From Candidatus Enterousia sp. (GTDB lineage Bacteria > Pseudomonadota > Alphaproteobacteria > Rs-D84), in contig JAZNVR010000001.1 of NCBI GenBank assembly GCA_045592905.1, positions 16,219 through 80,218 of the forward strand: a stretch of DNA of 64,000 bases. The letters run 5' to 3'. Every line of letters starts with the position of its first letter. Within the stretch, counting starts at the first letter, position 1. Of this stretch, positions 40,160 to 51,238 are shown piece after piece. Under the pieces are notes generated by a model that searched no databases, had not been told where the DNA came from, and saw nothing but the letters and a program-made list of their open reading frames with translations. A program made the translations under genes and the position numbers.

Positions 40160-40327
40160 ATAAAAGTGGCGAGTGTAAATTGCCAGCACCACTTATAGAT
40201 GAATTATTATCCGCTAATTTAGAAATAAATTATAATGATTTAGATACGCAAAAACCCGAAACCGTAGTGTACAGACGTTACATAAGGGTTCGGATTTGTG
40301 TGTAGATGAATTATTATAATTTATTTA
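40160..40327. repeat. composite hairpin repeat element, copy A (two tandem units)
   Basis: Unit pattern is stem, loop containing (G)AGTGTA(A/C)A, stem, then AGATGAATTATTAT. It shares TAGATGAATTATTATAATTTATTTA, AATGATTTAGATAC and GTAGTGTACA with copy B at 54738-54916. It ends at the ftsK stop codon. Confidence 0.7.
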
Positions 40328-42580
40328 TAATATGTGGCGTTTGTTATTTGCATCCGGTGCAGACACAATACCATCTGCCTCCATCCGTTCCATAAAGCCC
40401 GCAGCCTTGTTATAACCAATTTGCAAGCGACGCTGAATATATGAAATTGTCGGCTTTTTATCACGTAAAACACATTCTTTGGCACGTGCATACAGGTCAC
40501 CATCTTTATCACCAGTTCCCCCACCAAATCCACCAGATATATCACCACCACCAGATTCCGCAGAATCTGTAACACCTTCGGCATATTCTGGTTCGCCCTG
40601 GGAACGCAAGAAATCACCAATACGTTTTAATTCCTTGTCGTCAATAAAGGCACCATGGATACGAACTGGGACACGTCCTGCCTCGCTAAACAACATATCG
40701 CCCATTGCCAACAGTTGTTCTGCACCACCTTCGCCCAGACATGTCACACTGTCAATACGGCTGCGTGCTTGAAAGGATATACGTGTTGGGAAATTCGCCT
40801 TGATAACACCGGTAATTGTTGTTGCGTCTGGGCGCTGGGTCGCCATAACAAGGTGAATACCGGCGGCACGTGCCTTTTGTGCAATACGTTGAACACACGC
40901 TTCTACATCCTTGCGGGCCAGACTCATCAGGTCTGCCACCTCGTCAATAATGATGACCATATATGGCATATCAGATAAATCAACTTCTTGGGTTTCAAAT
41001 AACAATTCCCCTGTTTCTGGATCAGTACCCACAGCAACTTGTTTTGTAACCTTTTCACCACTTTCACGTTTTTGTGCAGCAATTTCATTATAACTTTCAA
41101 TATTACGTGCATTTAATACCTGTAATTGTTTATATCTTTCTTCCATTTCACGTACAGCCCATTTCAATGCATTAACAGCTGGCTCTGGTTCCAACTTTAC
41201 AATTGGGGTAATCAAATGTGGAATATCATCCCAGAACCCAAAGTCAACACCCTTGGGGTCAATGATAATCAATTTACATTTATCAGGCGTAAAGTGATAA
41301 ACAATTGATGTAATAATTGATTGAACAAACACAGATTTACCAGACCCTGTACGCCCAGCCACCAACATATGCGGCATTTTTGCCAAATCAAAATACATCG
41401 GATTGCCACCGATATTAACACCCAAGGCCAATGGTATTTTATATTTTGATTCAACAAACAGTTCGTCTTCCATCAATCCACGATAACGCACCGTCTGACG
41501 TTTCAAGTTTACCATTTCAACGCCAATTAACTGTGTCTTTGGGATATGTGCAATACGAATACTTTCTGTTGCCATCGCACGTGTCATATCCGTAACAGTT
41601 TTATTAACATCCGCCATACGTGTTCCTTCGTCTGGCATAAATTCATACAATGTAACAATTGGTCCTGGTTTAATACCAACAACTTTGCCATGAACGCCAT
41701 ATTGCGAAAATTTTACTTCCATACTGCGGGCATTTTGTTTCAATTCTGGCGTTACAGAATATTTACTAAAATTAGAACGTTCCAAGAATTTAGTATCTGG
41801 TAATTCATACGCATTTGCACTGCGAACTTTTGGTAAACTGGTTGTAACTGCCACTTTCTTTTCCGTCTTGGCACTTTGTTTTTTCAACAAATTACGTTTC
41901 GTTTTTTCTTTGACTTTTTCTTCTGTTGGTTCGTCTGTTTTAACATTCGTTTCCGCAGAAGCGGCATACTTTACCAGACCAAATGCAGATGCCAACCAAC
42001 GCCCCCAACGTATAACAACCTTTATTCCCCAACGAATATGTTCTAATTTAACATGCAACAACATACCCGCCATAATAAAAAATCCCAACAAACATAAAAT
42101 ACCAACAATTATACATCCAACATTTCCAATCAACATAACAATATCAGCCGCAGCAACAGCCCCAAACATACCACCATATACAGATCCAGGAACAATTGCA
42201 CCAAACCCAATTGCACCCAAACACAATGCAACAAACGCACGTAACGCATTATATTCTGGGAAACTTTCTTCTAAATCTAGACCTAATGCCTTGGTTGCCC
42301 CCCATCGTATCAAACATAAAAAAACAAATAATCCTGGGATAACACCAATTGCATAGCGAACCATACCAACAAAATATCCCATAACAGACTGATTACCAAA
42401 ATTACCAGAAACATTAAAACCATCCAGATATGGGTTATACAACAACATCGCAAACGTTGCCCAAACAAACAATACAAACACAAACACACCCAATATGCGT
42501 TGTGCAAACTTCTTTAACGCCCCAGACAAACGTTCTGGCAAAAATCTTGACTTCCTTTTTCCTGTCATAATGATAGTCAT
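40325..42580 (-). CDS. ftsK: DNA translocase FtsK
   Basis: N-terminal TM segments, Walker A motif GRTGSGKS, and a C-terminal gamma winged-helix domain. Confidence 0.9.
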   Translation of the reverse strand: MTIIMTGKRKSRFLPERLSGALKKFAQRILGVFVFVLFVWATFAMLLYNPYLDGFNVSGNFGNQSVMGYFVGMVRYAIGVIPGLFVFLCLIRWGATKALGLDLEESFPEYNALRAFVALCLGAIGFGAIVPGSVYGGMFGAVAAADIVMLIGNVGCIIVGILCLLGFFIMAGMLLHVKLEHIRWGIKVVIRWGRWLASAFGLVKYAASAETNVKTDEPTEEKVKEKTKRNLLKKQSAKTEKKVAVTTSLPKVRSANAYELPDTKFLERSNFSKYSVTPELKQNARSMEVKFSQYGVHGKVVGIKPGPIVTLYEFMPDEGTRMADVNKTVTDMTRAMATESIRIAHIPKTQLIGVEMVNLKRQTVRYRGLMEDELFVESKYKIPLALGVNIGGNPMYFDLAKMPHMLVAGRTGSGKSVFVQSIITSIVYHFTPDKCKLIIIDPKGVDFGFWDDIPHLITPIVKLEPEPAVNALKWAVREMEERYKQLQVLNARNIESYNEIAAQKRESGEKVTKQVAVGTDPETGELLFETQEVDLSDMPYMVIIIDEVADLMSLARKDVEACVQRIAQKARAAGIHLVMATQRPDATTITGVIKANFPTRISFQARSRIDSVTCLGEGGAEQLLAMGDMLFSEAGRVPVRIHGAFIDDKELKRIGDFLRSQGEPEYAEGVTDSAESGGGDISGGFGGGTGDKDGDLYARAKECVLRDKKPTISYIQRRLQIGYNKAAGFMERMEADGIVSAPDANNKRHIL

Positions 42581-42632
42581 TTTATCATAAAAAAAGACAA
42601 AAAAATAGACGATTTTTACATCGTCTTATTTT

Positions 42633-43322
42633 TTATTTATCTGACTTCTTTAATAAATACCACTTTACAATATCGGCAATCACCATACCAATAAACGCCC
42701 CAAATATTACATCCGATGGCCAATGTGCCCCAACTGCAACACGTGAAACAGCAACTAATATCGCCAACAACCATGTAAATACTTTATATTTTGGCAACAA
42801 CATACCAATCATAACCAGCCCTGCAAAACTGATTGCAGTATGTCCAGATGGCATTGAATTAAACGCCCAATCTGTTGAAGGTGGGAAAAAGCCAGTCATA
42901 TCTAAAGCCTCAAAAAATATTGGTCTGGCACGCCCAATACATGTTTTCAAAATTTTTACAATAATCCCTGTACATAAAACACTATAAAAAATCAAAAAAG
43001 CATGACTGTTTTTCGTTTTCAAGAAAATATTTTTTATACCAAAAAATAAATTAAAGTTATTTTCCTTATCTATAAAAGAAACTTCTGATTTTAGGTATTT
43101 TTTTACACACAATACACATGCCGCAACAAACGATATTAGCAACCAAATTTTACCACTAAAAATAATGCTAAAAAATCTAAACACACTACAATCAAAATTA
43201 CGGATAAAAAAGAATAATGGCTTATCAAACCAAAAAATTCCACAGCATACCAAAACAACTGTAACAATCGCAGCAACAGCCATTTTATTCCATTTAATTT
43301 GATTATTTTGCATCAAAAACAT
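42633..43322 (-). CDS. PAP2 family membrane phosphatase
   Basis: Motifs KxxxxxxRP (GRARP), PSGH and SRVAVGAHWPSD. Confidence 0.6.
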   Translation of the reverse strand: MFLMQNNQIKWNKMAVAAIVTVVLVCCGIFWFDKPLFFFIRNFDCSVFRFFSIIFSGKIWLLISFVAACVLCVKKYLKSEVSFIDKENNFNLFFGIKNIFLKTKNSHAFLIFYSVLCTGIIVKILKTCIGRARPIFFEALDMTGFFPPSTDWAFNSMPSGHTAISFAGLVMIGMLLPKYKVFTWLLAILVAVSRVAVGAHWPSDVIFGAFIGMVIADIVKWYLLKKSDK

Positions 43323-43346
43323 TTACACACCCCTAAAATTAAACTA

Positions 43347-44852
43347 TTACTCTATTAAATTATTATAAACCTTTGAATCTGTTAAAATTTTCACACCAAC
43401 AGCCATTGATAACGCATCTTCATCTGTACCACTGGCGATTATTGGACAGCCCTGACGAACATCGTTAACATTAACATTTTTTTCTTTATTAAAATCACGT
43501 GCATTAAAATCGCCATTAATAACATTCAGGAAAAAAGCATTTTGTTGTTGATTGGAACGAATATTAGACAGACACACAATAGGAAACACACCACGTCCAT
43601 CAATAATATTACCAGCCCCTGTTTTGATTGATTTATTTAACAACTCTAAGGCACCACCATTATCCAAATCAATCGTAGTGGCAATTCTTGCATTTCCAGA
43701 TGTTGGTGTACCGACCAAAACACCACGTTTATTTTCATAAAACGTTGCAGATAACGCTTCGGCTGTACCACGTGTTTGATCAGACATTAATACAACCACA
43801 GGAACATCTGTAACCGCATCACCCCCAGGTACAACTTCTATTTCATCCATCGCAGTTTCAACAATACGCATAATCGGTTTTTTACCAACAAATAACCCTG
43901 CAAATTTTGCCACAGCACGTTCATCATCACCAGTCGCAGCACGTAAATCTAATAAAATGCCCCCAACATCAGAATACGTATTTAACGCATTTTTAACAAT
44001 ATCAACAGCCCCTTCTGATATTTTATGAACAACAAGTTCCAAAATTCCACCATTATTCAAATCAGAACGATGAATAATATCAGCATCTGCCACAACAACT
44101 GTTGCACGACGCAAGACAACATCTTTGCTGCCACGTGGCGATAAAATTTTTATTTTTGATGTTCCTGAATTAAAACCACTAATAACAGATGCCAATTCTG
44201 CATCAGACATATTTTTTACTAACTTTCCATTAATTTGAACTATCAAATCCCCTGCCCGAATTCCTGCTGTATCTGCTGGTGCCCCCTTAAACACACCATC
44301 AACACTAAAATTACCACGCACATCACGTCCACCTTCAAGACCAACACTGGTCAACAATCTGCCATCTTCTGCAATCTGTGCTGTCTTGGAAAATATATAT
44401 TTACCATTCTCGTCCAAACCACGCATAATACTGTCTACGACATATTGATATATTTCATTTTCAGACAACGAATGTATAAATTCATCATTTTCACGAAATT
44501 TTAGAACTAATGCTGTTGTTATCTCTCCGAAACCATTCCAATCATTCTTGTCTGGTCGTGGAAAATTAGCAATAATTGTATCCTTCCATACCAACACAAC
44601 ACGTTCATCTGTTGCAGCAATATGTGCATCTTGGTTCAAATTTTCTAAACTTTCAATTGCCACATTCAGATTTTTTCCACCCCACTTCACCCCATTTAAT
44701 TTTTCATAAACATCGGCAAAATTTTTTGACATTGTAAAAACAGGCAATCCATCTTGTATGGGTTCATCTTCATAAAACAATGTACTGGCATATGATGGCA
44801 CTAAAACCAAAACGGATAAAAAGACACCGCAAATTAAATTCACTATTTTCAT
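43347..44852 (-). CDS. ctpA: carboxy-terminal processing protease (S41) with PDZ domain
   Basis: Signal peptide, PDZ motif (GIRAGDLIVQING), and S41 catalytic region. Confidence 0.8.
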   Translation of the reverse strand: MKIVNLICGVFLSVLVLVPSYASTLFYEDEPIQDGLPVFTMSKNFADVYEKLNGVKWGGKNLNVAIESLENLNQDAHIAATDERVVLVWKDTIIANFPRPDKNDWNGFGEITTALVLKFRENDEFIHSLSENEIYQYVVDSIMRGLDENGKYIFSKTAQIAEDGRLLTSVGLEGGRDVRGNFSVDGVFKGAPADTAGIRAGDLIVQINGKLVKNMSDAELASVISGFNSGTSKIKILSPRGSKDVVLRRATVVVADADIIHRSDLNNGGILELVVHKISEGAVDIVKNALNTYSDVGGILLDLRAATGDDERAVAKFAGLFVGKKPIMRIVETAMDEIEVVPGGDAVTDVPVVVLMSDQTRGTAEALSATFYENKRGVLVGTPTSGNARIATTIDLDNGGALELLNKSIKTGAGNIIDGRGVFPIVCLSNIRSNQQQNAFFLNVINGDFNARDFNKEKNVNVNDVRQGCPIIASGTDEDALSMAVGVKILTDSKVYNNLIE

Positions 44853-44882
44853 ATTTTACCCCCTACCTTAGTGCCATCAATA

Positions 44883-45746
44883 TTAATTATCTGTATCACG
44901 CAAATTAAAGTTATACAGAATCATATTTGAAATAAAGATACTTGTAAAGGTTCCCATAACAACCGAGAATCCCATTGCCAACGCAAATTCACGCAGCATC
45001 TGTCCACCAAACAAATACAATCCAACCATTGCCAGCATTGTAGATACACTGGTTAACATTGTACGTCTAAACATTTCGCTAACAGACAAATCAATCAAAT
45101 CGGCCATTGGCATTTTATGATATCTTTTTACATTTTCATCAATTCGGTCATAGTTTACAACCTTGTCATTAATGGAATAACCAATACCTGTCAAAATAAC
45201 CGCAATTGCATTTTGATTAAATTCTAAACCGGTCATAGAATAAAAACCAAACATCAACACAAAATCTAAAAACAAAGAAGACAACGCACCAACAGCATAA
45301 CCACCTTTGTAGCGAATCCAAACATAAACAGCCATCATAATAAACGCAAAGAATATTGCCAAGATGCCACCACGAATCAATTCGCCACCGATTTTTGGTC
45401 CAACAATTTGAACTTGCGAATAATCAACTTTATTTCCTAAAATTTCTTTTATCTGTGAAACTCGTTCATTTTGTTGTGCATCCGTTGCACCCTTTGGTAA
45501 TCCTAAACGAATTAAAATAGATTTCCCATCAACCTGTTGCAATTCAGGACTAAATTTAGATAAATCCGAACGCATTTCATCAATGGTATACGACTGTTCC
45601 ACTGGTGTTACTTCCATTGAAATACCCCCAGAAAAGTCAATTCCATAATTCAACCCACGTACCATCAACGACAATACAGATAATAATACCAACGCACCAG
45701 ATACAATGTACGCTATTTTACGATATTTCATAATACATAATTTCAT
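44883..45746 (-). CDS. secF: protein translocase subunit SecF
   Basis: SecF profile, downstream of secD. Confidence 0.85.
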   Translation of the reverse strand: MKLCIMKYRKIAYIVSGALVLLSVLSLMVRGLNYGIDFSGGISMEVTPVEQSYTIDEMRSDLSKFSPELQQVDGKSILIRLGLPKGATDAQQNERVSQIKEILGNKVDYSQVQIVGPKIGGELIRGGILAIFFAFIMMAVYVWIRYKGGYAVGALSSLFLDFVLMFGFYSMTGLEFNQNAIAVILTGIGYSINDKVVNYDRIDENVKRYHKMPMADLIDLSVSEMFRRTMLTSVSTMLAMVGLYLFGGQMLREFALAMGFSVVMGTFTSIFISNMILYNFNLRDTDN

Positions 45747-45760
45747 ACCAAGACCCCTAT

Positions 45761-47314
45761 TTATTTTGCATAACCAATTTTTTTATTTTTACCGTTCATA
45801 TACCAATCAATTAAAACCTTTGACAACAAAACACATGTAAACAATGTTGTCAAAATACCAATTGACAATGTAACCGCAAACCCACGAATTGGACCAGCAC
45901 CGAACTGGAACAAAACTAACGCACAAATTAATGTTGTTAAATTTCCGTCCAGAACCGTTTTCATTGCACGATCAAAACCAATATTTACAGCACGCAAACT
46001 TGGTGTACCTGCCTTGATTTCATCCCTGATACGTTCAAACGGCAAAACATTTGCGTCAACCGCCATACCCAACGTTAAAACGATACCCGCAATACCAGGT
46101 AATGTCAGCGTTGCACCAAACAAGGCAGTCAAACCAACAATCATTCCTAAATTTATCATCAACGCAATACCGGCAATCACACCAAATAAACGATAGACAA
46201 ACAACAAGAATATAAAGATAAATATTACACCAACAACCGCACCAATTTTACCAGATTCAATTGTGTCCGCACCAAGCCCGGCACCAACAACACGCTCTTC
46301 AATTACTTGCAATGGTGCAGGCAACGCCCCAGAACGCAGCAAAACCGCCAAATCCTTGGCACCTTGCAATGTAAATCCGCCTGAAATCTGACCACGTCCA
46401 CCTGGAATAGGCTCACGAATAACAGGTGCAGACAAAACCTTGCCGTCTAAAACAATTGCAAATCTTTCATTTACATGTTCTGTTGTTAATTTTGCAAACC
46501 TACGTGCCCCGGACGCATCAAACACCGTTGAAACCACCGGCATATTATTTTGGTCAAATTCTGCCTGTGAATCTTTTAATGATTCCCCAGACACTTCAAC
46601 ACGTGAATACACAGCAATTGGCAATCCACCCATATCTGCATATGGTAAAAATTCCGTACCATTTGGTGCACGACCAGATGCAATTTGTTCACTGGTTACG
46701 TTTTCATTAACCAAATGAAATGACATTTTAGCGGTCTGACCAATTAAATTTTTAATATGTTCTGGATTATCAACCCCTGGCAACTGAATCAAAATATATT
46801 TTCCGCCCTGGCTTTGAATAGAAGGCTCTTTTGTTCCCAATGCATCAATACGACGACGAACAATTTCAATACTACGCCCTAACGCATCTTTTATCATTTC
46901 TTGTTTTTGCACTTCGGAATACGTCAACATTATTGTTTTATCATCAGAAGAAATATCAACCGTATTACCAAACGTTGCCTTCAAACGCCCCTTGGCATCA
47001 GAAACTTGTTTTTCATCACGAACAACCAACGACACCACACCATCATGATTACGTAAATTAGAAAAACGAATAACACCCTTGTTTCTGTCAATCAAGGCAC
47101 TGCGTGTTTCTTCATACAATTGTTGTGTTTTTTCTTGCAACATTGTATTTGTATCAACCTCTAACAGCAGTTGTGCACCACCCTTTAAGTCCAACCCCAG
47201 CGGCACTGGCCCAATCCAAGATGGAAAATACGGAGCCAATTTTGGCGACATTGTTGGCACAGCCAGCAACACACAAAATACCGCAACAAAAATTATCGCC
47301 AATTTCTTAAACAT
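45761..47314 (-). CDS. secD: protein translocase subunit SecD
   Basis: SecD profile, 517 aa. Confidence 0.85.
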   Translation of the reverse strand: MFKKLAIIFVAVFCVLLAVPTMSPKLAPYFPSWIGPVPLGLDLKGGAQLLLEVDTNTMLQEKTQQLYEETRSALIDRNKGVIRFSNLRNHDGVVSLVVRDEKQVSDAKGRLKATFGNTVDISSDDKTIMLTYSEVQKQEMIKDALGRSIEIVRRRIDALGTKEPSIQSQGGKYILIQLPGVDNPEHIKNLIGQTAKMSFHLVNENVTSEQIASGRAPNGTEFLPYADMGGLPIAVYSRVEVSGESLKDSQAEFDQNNMPVVSTVFDASGARRFAKLTTEHVNERFAIVLDGKVLSAPVIREPIPGGRGQISGGFTLQGAKDLAVLLRSGALPAPLQVIEERVVGAGLGADTIESGKIGAVVGVIFIFIFLLFVYRLFGVIAGIALMINLGMIVGLTALFGATLTLPGIAGIVLTLGMAVDANVLPFERIRDEIKAGTPSLRAVNIGFDRAMKTVLDGNLTTLICALVLFQFGAGPIRGFAVTLSIGILTTLFTCVLLSKVLIDWYMNGKNKKIGYAK

Positions 47315-47330
47315 AACAAAACCCTTTTAC

Positions 47331-47645
47331 CTATTGTTCTACCCCAGCCACAGCGTTTTTTGCAACTTCAATTACAACACCCTTGGCAACTTCTAAATCT
47401 ATTGTTTTTTCGTTCACTTTTTTAACAGTACCATAAATACCAGCCGCCATTACACGATTTCCAACCTGTAAAGAATCCAGCATTTTCTGATATTCTGCCA
47501 TACGTTTTTTGTTTGGACGAACCATTAAAAAATAAATGATACCAAAAACAACAACGCAATATAAAACCATACCCCAAAAACTATTTTGTGGCACATTTGC
47601 ACCGGTTTGCACAACCGTATCAACAACTTCTGCTGTTTGTTCCAT
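47331..47645 (-). CDS. yajC: preprotein translocase subunit YajC
   Basis: Single TM, 104 aa, upstream of secD. Confidence 0.75.
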   Translation of the reverse strand: MEQTAEVVDTVVQTGANVPQNSFWGMVLYCVVVFGIIYFLMVRPNKKRMAEYQKMLDSLQVGNRVMAAGIYGTVKKVNEKTIDLEVAKGVVIEVAKNAVAGVEQ

Positions 47646-47716
47646 GTATTTCTCCTTGATTTAATACAGGAACATTAGTAAAAAAACCCAGATTTGTAAA
47701 GAGAAAATACAAAAAA

Positions 47717-49450
47717 TTACAATCTTTCAAACCAAGTATCAATTTCTGTTATTGGAACAAATTTATACACTGGTCGTCCATGATTACATTGCCCGCCCCG
47801 TTCTGTTTTTTCAATATCCCGTAACAACGCATCCATTTGAAGCAACTCTAATTTTTGTCCTGCACGCACAGAATGATGACATGCATAATTCGCCAATTTC
47901 AAATGCAATTTTTCTTTTAATTGTGACGAATGTTCATTTACACGAACTTCATCTGCAACATTATGCAACACAGTCGCCCAATCTAAATCCCAATCCGCAG
48001 GTTTTTCAAATATTGCCACAGCATTATCACCAAAAGAATCAACATGCAATCCAGATTGTTTTAATTCATCTATAATTGATACAATTGCAACGACATCTTC
48101 TTCACGTAGATTCACAATAATTGGCGTTAACAGCGGTTGTGTTTTAATTTTATTACTACGCAGTTTTTCATATATAATTCGTTCATGTGCAGCATGCTGG
48201 TCAATTATAACCATATTATTGTCTTTTTGGGCAATAACATACTTGTTTGCAATTTGACCAATTACACGTCCCAATGGTAAATCCACAAAGATTTCATCAA
48301 CCGGTGTTTCCTTGTGTTTTGCGACCACCGGGGCAGACACATGAAACGCACTATGTACAGGCGTTACAACATTCTCATTTACACGCCACAAATTTTGTTT
48401 TATTCCGAACTCAAATCTAGGTGCTGTACCAATTGTTTGTTTCAATTTCTGTTCTGGAATTTTAGGTTGCATATTTTCCATCGTTTTTGACAACCTGTCC
48501 CGCAATGTTTTAATTATAAAGGAACGCACATGTGCCGGTTCCAAAAAATGCACTTCCGTTTTGGCGGGCGACACATTTACATCCACAGCATTCGTTGGCA
48601 ACCACAAATACAATGCACACAATGGAAATTCACGTGCATGCATTACATCCATATATGCGGCACGTAACGCACCAACTAACACCTTGTCTTTGACTGGACG
48701 CCCATTCACAAACAAATACTGATCAACAGATGACGCACGTCGCAATGTTGGTTCAGATATAAATCCAGTTAATTTCATCGCTGTATTTGATCCAGACGTG
48801 GCATCAATTTCCAACATACGCCCATCAACATCTTCGCCCATAACGCTTGTTATTCGTTCCAACAAAGGCTGATTTTTTGGATATATCCACTTATTATTCA
48901 ATACAAATCCAACATCCGTTCGTGCCATTGCCAACTTTTTTACAACATCCAGCACAGACATTAATTCCGCCTTGTCCCCACGCAAGAATTTTAATCTTGC
49001 CGGTGTTTTTGCAAACAAATTTTGCACACGAATACGTGTACCATTTTCCCAGTCAGACGGTTTAACAATTCCTGTATTGCAATCTATCTGCCATCCATGT
49101 TCATCTGCAATATTATGTGTATCAATTGTCATATCAGAAACAGATGCAATTGATGGCAATGCTTCGCCCCGAAAACCCATAAAGTTAATATTTAGCAAAT
49201 CATCATCCGGTAATTTTGATGTTGCATGTCGTGTAATCGCACGTGGCAAATCATCGTGTGTTAATCCACAACCGTTATCAATAACACTTATTAAAGTACG
49301 CCCACCATCTGTTACATCAACAACGATTTGCGTTGCACCAGCATCCAATGCATTTTCAATCAATTCTTTGACAACGCTGGCCGGACGTTCTACAACTTCG
49401 CCTGCTGCGATTTGATTGATTAAAAAATCTGGCAATACACGAACTGTCAT
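47717..49450 (-). CDS. mutL: DNA mismatch repair protein MutL
   Basis: GHKL ATPase motif LINQIAAGEVVERPASVVKELIENALDAGAT. Confidence 0.85.
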   Translation of the reverse strand: MTVRVLPDFLINQIAAGEVVERPASVVKELIENALDAGATQIVVDVTDGGRTLISVIDNGCGLTHDDLPRAITRHATSKLPDDDLLNINFMGFRGEALPSIASVSDMTIDTHNIADEHGWQIDCNTGIVKPSDWENGTRIRVQNLFAKTPARLKFLRGDKAELMSVLDVVKKLAMARTDVGFVLNNKWIYPKNQPLLERITSVMGEDVDGRMLEIDATSGSNTAMKLTGFISEPTLRRASSVDQYLFVNGRPVKDKVLVGALRAAYMDVMHAREFPLCALYLWLPTNAVDVNVSPAKTEVHFLEPAHVRSFIIKTLRDRLSKTMENMQPKIPEQKLKQTIGTAPRFEFGIKQNLWRVNENVVTPVHSAFHVSAPVVAKHKETPVDEIFVDLPLGRVIGQIANKYVIAQKDNNMVIIDQHAAHERIIYEKLRSNKIKTQPLLTPIIVNLREEDVVAIVSIIDELKQSGLHVDSFGDNAVAIFEKPADWDLDWATVLHNVADEVRVNEHSSQLKEKLHLKLANYACHHSVRAGQKLELLQMDALLRDIEKTERGGQCNHGRPVYKFVPITEIDTWFERL

Positions 49451-49463
49451 ATTATATCTGTTA

Positions 49464-49934
49464 TTAATCTCTGAATTTTACTTCTAATATTTCGTATTCT
49501 TTTTCGCCACTGGGCAATCTAACAACACAAGTATCCCCCACACAACGTCCAATCATTGCACGACCAACCGGTGATGTACACGAAATAACAGTACGACCAT
49601 CAGATTCAACATCTGATAAAATTCTGCATTGCATTTTGTTTCCATCTTCATCTTCGGCAACGACACACGCACCAAAAACCACCCTGTCACCAGACAACGA
49701 ATCAACATCAATAACAGATGCATTTTTTATTACATCTTCAATAAATCTGATACGAGAATCAATCTGTCGTTGTTTTTCTTTGGCAGCACTATAATCTGCA
49801 TTTTCGGATAAATCACCCAAAGAACGTGCCCATTGGACAGTTTTCAATATTTCTGGTCTTTGATTTTCTTTCAAATCTTTCAATTCTTTAATCAGGCTAT
49901 CAAACCCTGCCCTTGAAATTGGTTTTTTTTCCAT
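49464..49934 (-). CDS. greA: transcription elongation factor GreA
   Basis: GreA N-terminal coiled coil and C-terminal FKBP-like domain. Confidence 0.85.
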   Translation of the reverse strand: MEKKPISRAGFDSLIKELKDLKENQRPEILKTVQWARSLGDLSENADYSAAKEKQRQIDSRIRFIEDVIKNASVIDVDSLSGDRVVFGACVVAEDEDGNKMQCRILSDVESDGRTVISCTSPVGRAMIGRCVGDTCVVRLPSGEKEYEILEVKFRD

Positions 49935-50027
49935 TTCTTAATCCTATTTCATCTTATAAATTCTTAAAAATTATACGCATTCATTTTAATTTTGCAATTA
50001 TCAAATGAAAAATGTATAATTTTGCTT

Positions 50028-51086
50028 ATGTTTAGGCTAAATATCTTAAATCGTTTTTTGCTACGCAGATTTTTTTCTGGCGTTGGTTTGGTATTATTGG
50101 TCGTATGTGGCATTATTTTTGCCGTAACATTTGTTGAACGTCTGCCATCTAACCCAAGTGCATTTATGGCACTATACGACGCATGGATACGATTATTGGA
50201 ATATATACCACTGTTTCTTCCAATGGCTGTATTTATGGGAACATTATTAACATCTTATAATCTTACAAAATCAAGTGAAGGTATTATTATATCCAGTGCT
50301 GGCATGTCACCATACCAAGCAACACGTCCATTTTTTATTGGTGCTTTTTTAATTGGTTTGTTTGCGACAACTGTTGTTAATCCTTATTCTGTAAGCATCA
50401 GTTCTAAAAATATTAGTTCTAATAATTTAAACTTGGTTGATGGCATGATATGGTTACGTGAAAACAATACGACCAAAACAATTACACTAAATGCACAAGA
50501 CCTAAACAAAACAGACAACGGATTGGTATTTATAGATACAACCATATATATTCAGGGCGAAAATCTTAAATTACAAGAACGTATTGATGCAGAACGTGTT
50601 GAATTAACCAACAACAAAATTTACGCCAAAGATGCACATATTTGGCAATCAAACGGTATATCACAAACTGGTGAATGGGAAACCCAAACGCAATTAACAC
50701 CACAAACAATACTGGACAGATATCTACAGCCAGATCAAATATCATTCTGGCAATTACCTGCCTTTATCAAAAAGATGCAGAATATTGGCGTACCTGTGCG
50801 TGGACATTTAATGCAATTGTGGACATTGTTATTCTTACCATTAACAATGATTTCCATGGCAACATTAGGTGTTGCATTTTCACAGACAAAACAACGCAGA
50901 AATTACAGTTTTGGAATAAAATTTAGTATGGGTATCGTAACTTGTTTCGCTTTATATTTTCTAATAAATCTATTTAATGCATTGGGGGCAACAGGTACAT
51001 TACCACCATTATTATCTATTATTGCACCACCATTAATTATTATCGCAGGTGCTGGAATATTTATGAACAGTTTTGACACAATATAA
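50028..51086 (+). CDS. LPS export ABC permease LptF/LptG family
   Basis: YjgP/YjgQ profile. Start chosen at the internal Met (MFRLNILNRFL). Confidence 0.6.
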   Translation: MFRLNILNRFLLRRFFSGVGLVLLVVCGIIFAVTFVERLPSNPSAFMALYDAWIRLLEYIPLFLPMAVFMGTLLTSYNLTKSSEGIIISSAGMSPYQATRPFFIGAFLIGLFATTVVNPYSVSISSKNISSNNLNLVDGMIWLRENNTTKTITLNAQDLNKTDNGLVFIDTTIYIQGENLKLQERIDAERVELTNNKIYAKDAHIWQSNGISQTGEWETQTQLTPQTILDRYLQPDQISFWQLPAFIKKMQNIGVPVRGHLMQLWTLLFLPLTMISMATLGVAFSQTKQRRNYSFGIKFSMGIVTCFALYFLINLFNALGATGTLPPLLSIIAPPLIIIAGAGIFMNSFDTI

Positions 51087-51238
51087 AGCACAAAGGGTTT
51101 ATAAAATATGCCTATAAGAAAAAAGAAAAAAACTAATTTTCGGATAATAATAATTTGGACAATTATCGCAGTTTTATTACTGCTGATGATTGTGTCATTT
51201 CCTGCAACACAACACATGACAGAAATTGTGGTATATCC

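Noticed and set aside
49935-49991. Strand switch at greA (-) / lptF (+) as a replication origin
   Set aside because: The spacer is only 57 bp, with no DnaA-box clusters or AT-rich unwinding element visible. Gene orientation elsewhere in the window is mixed.
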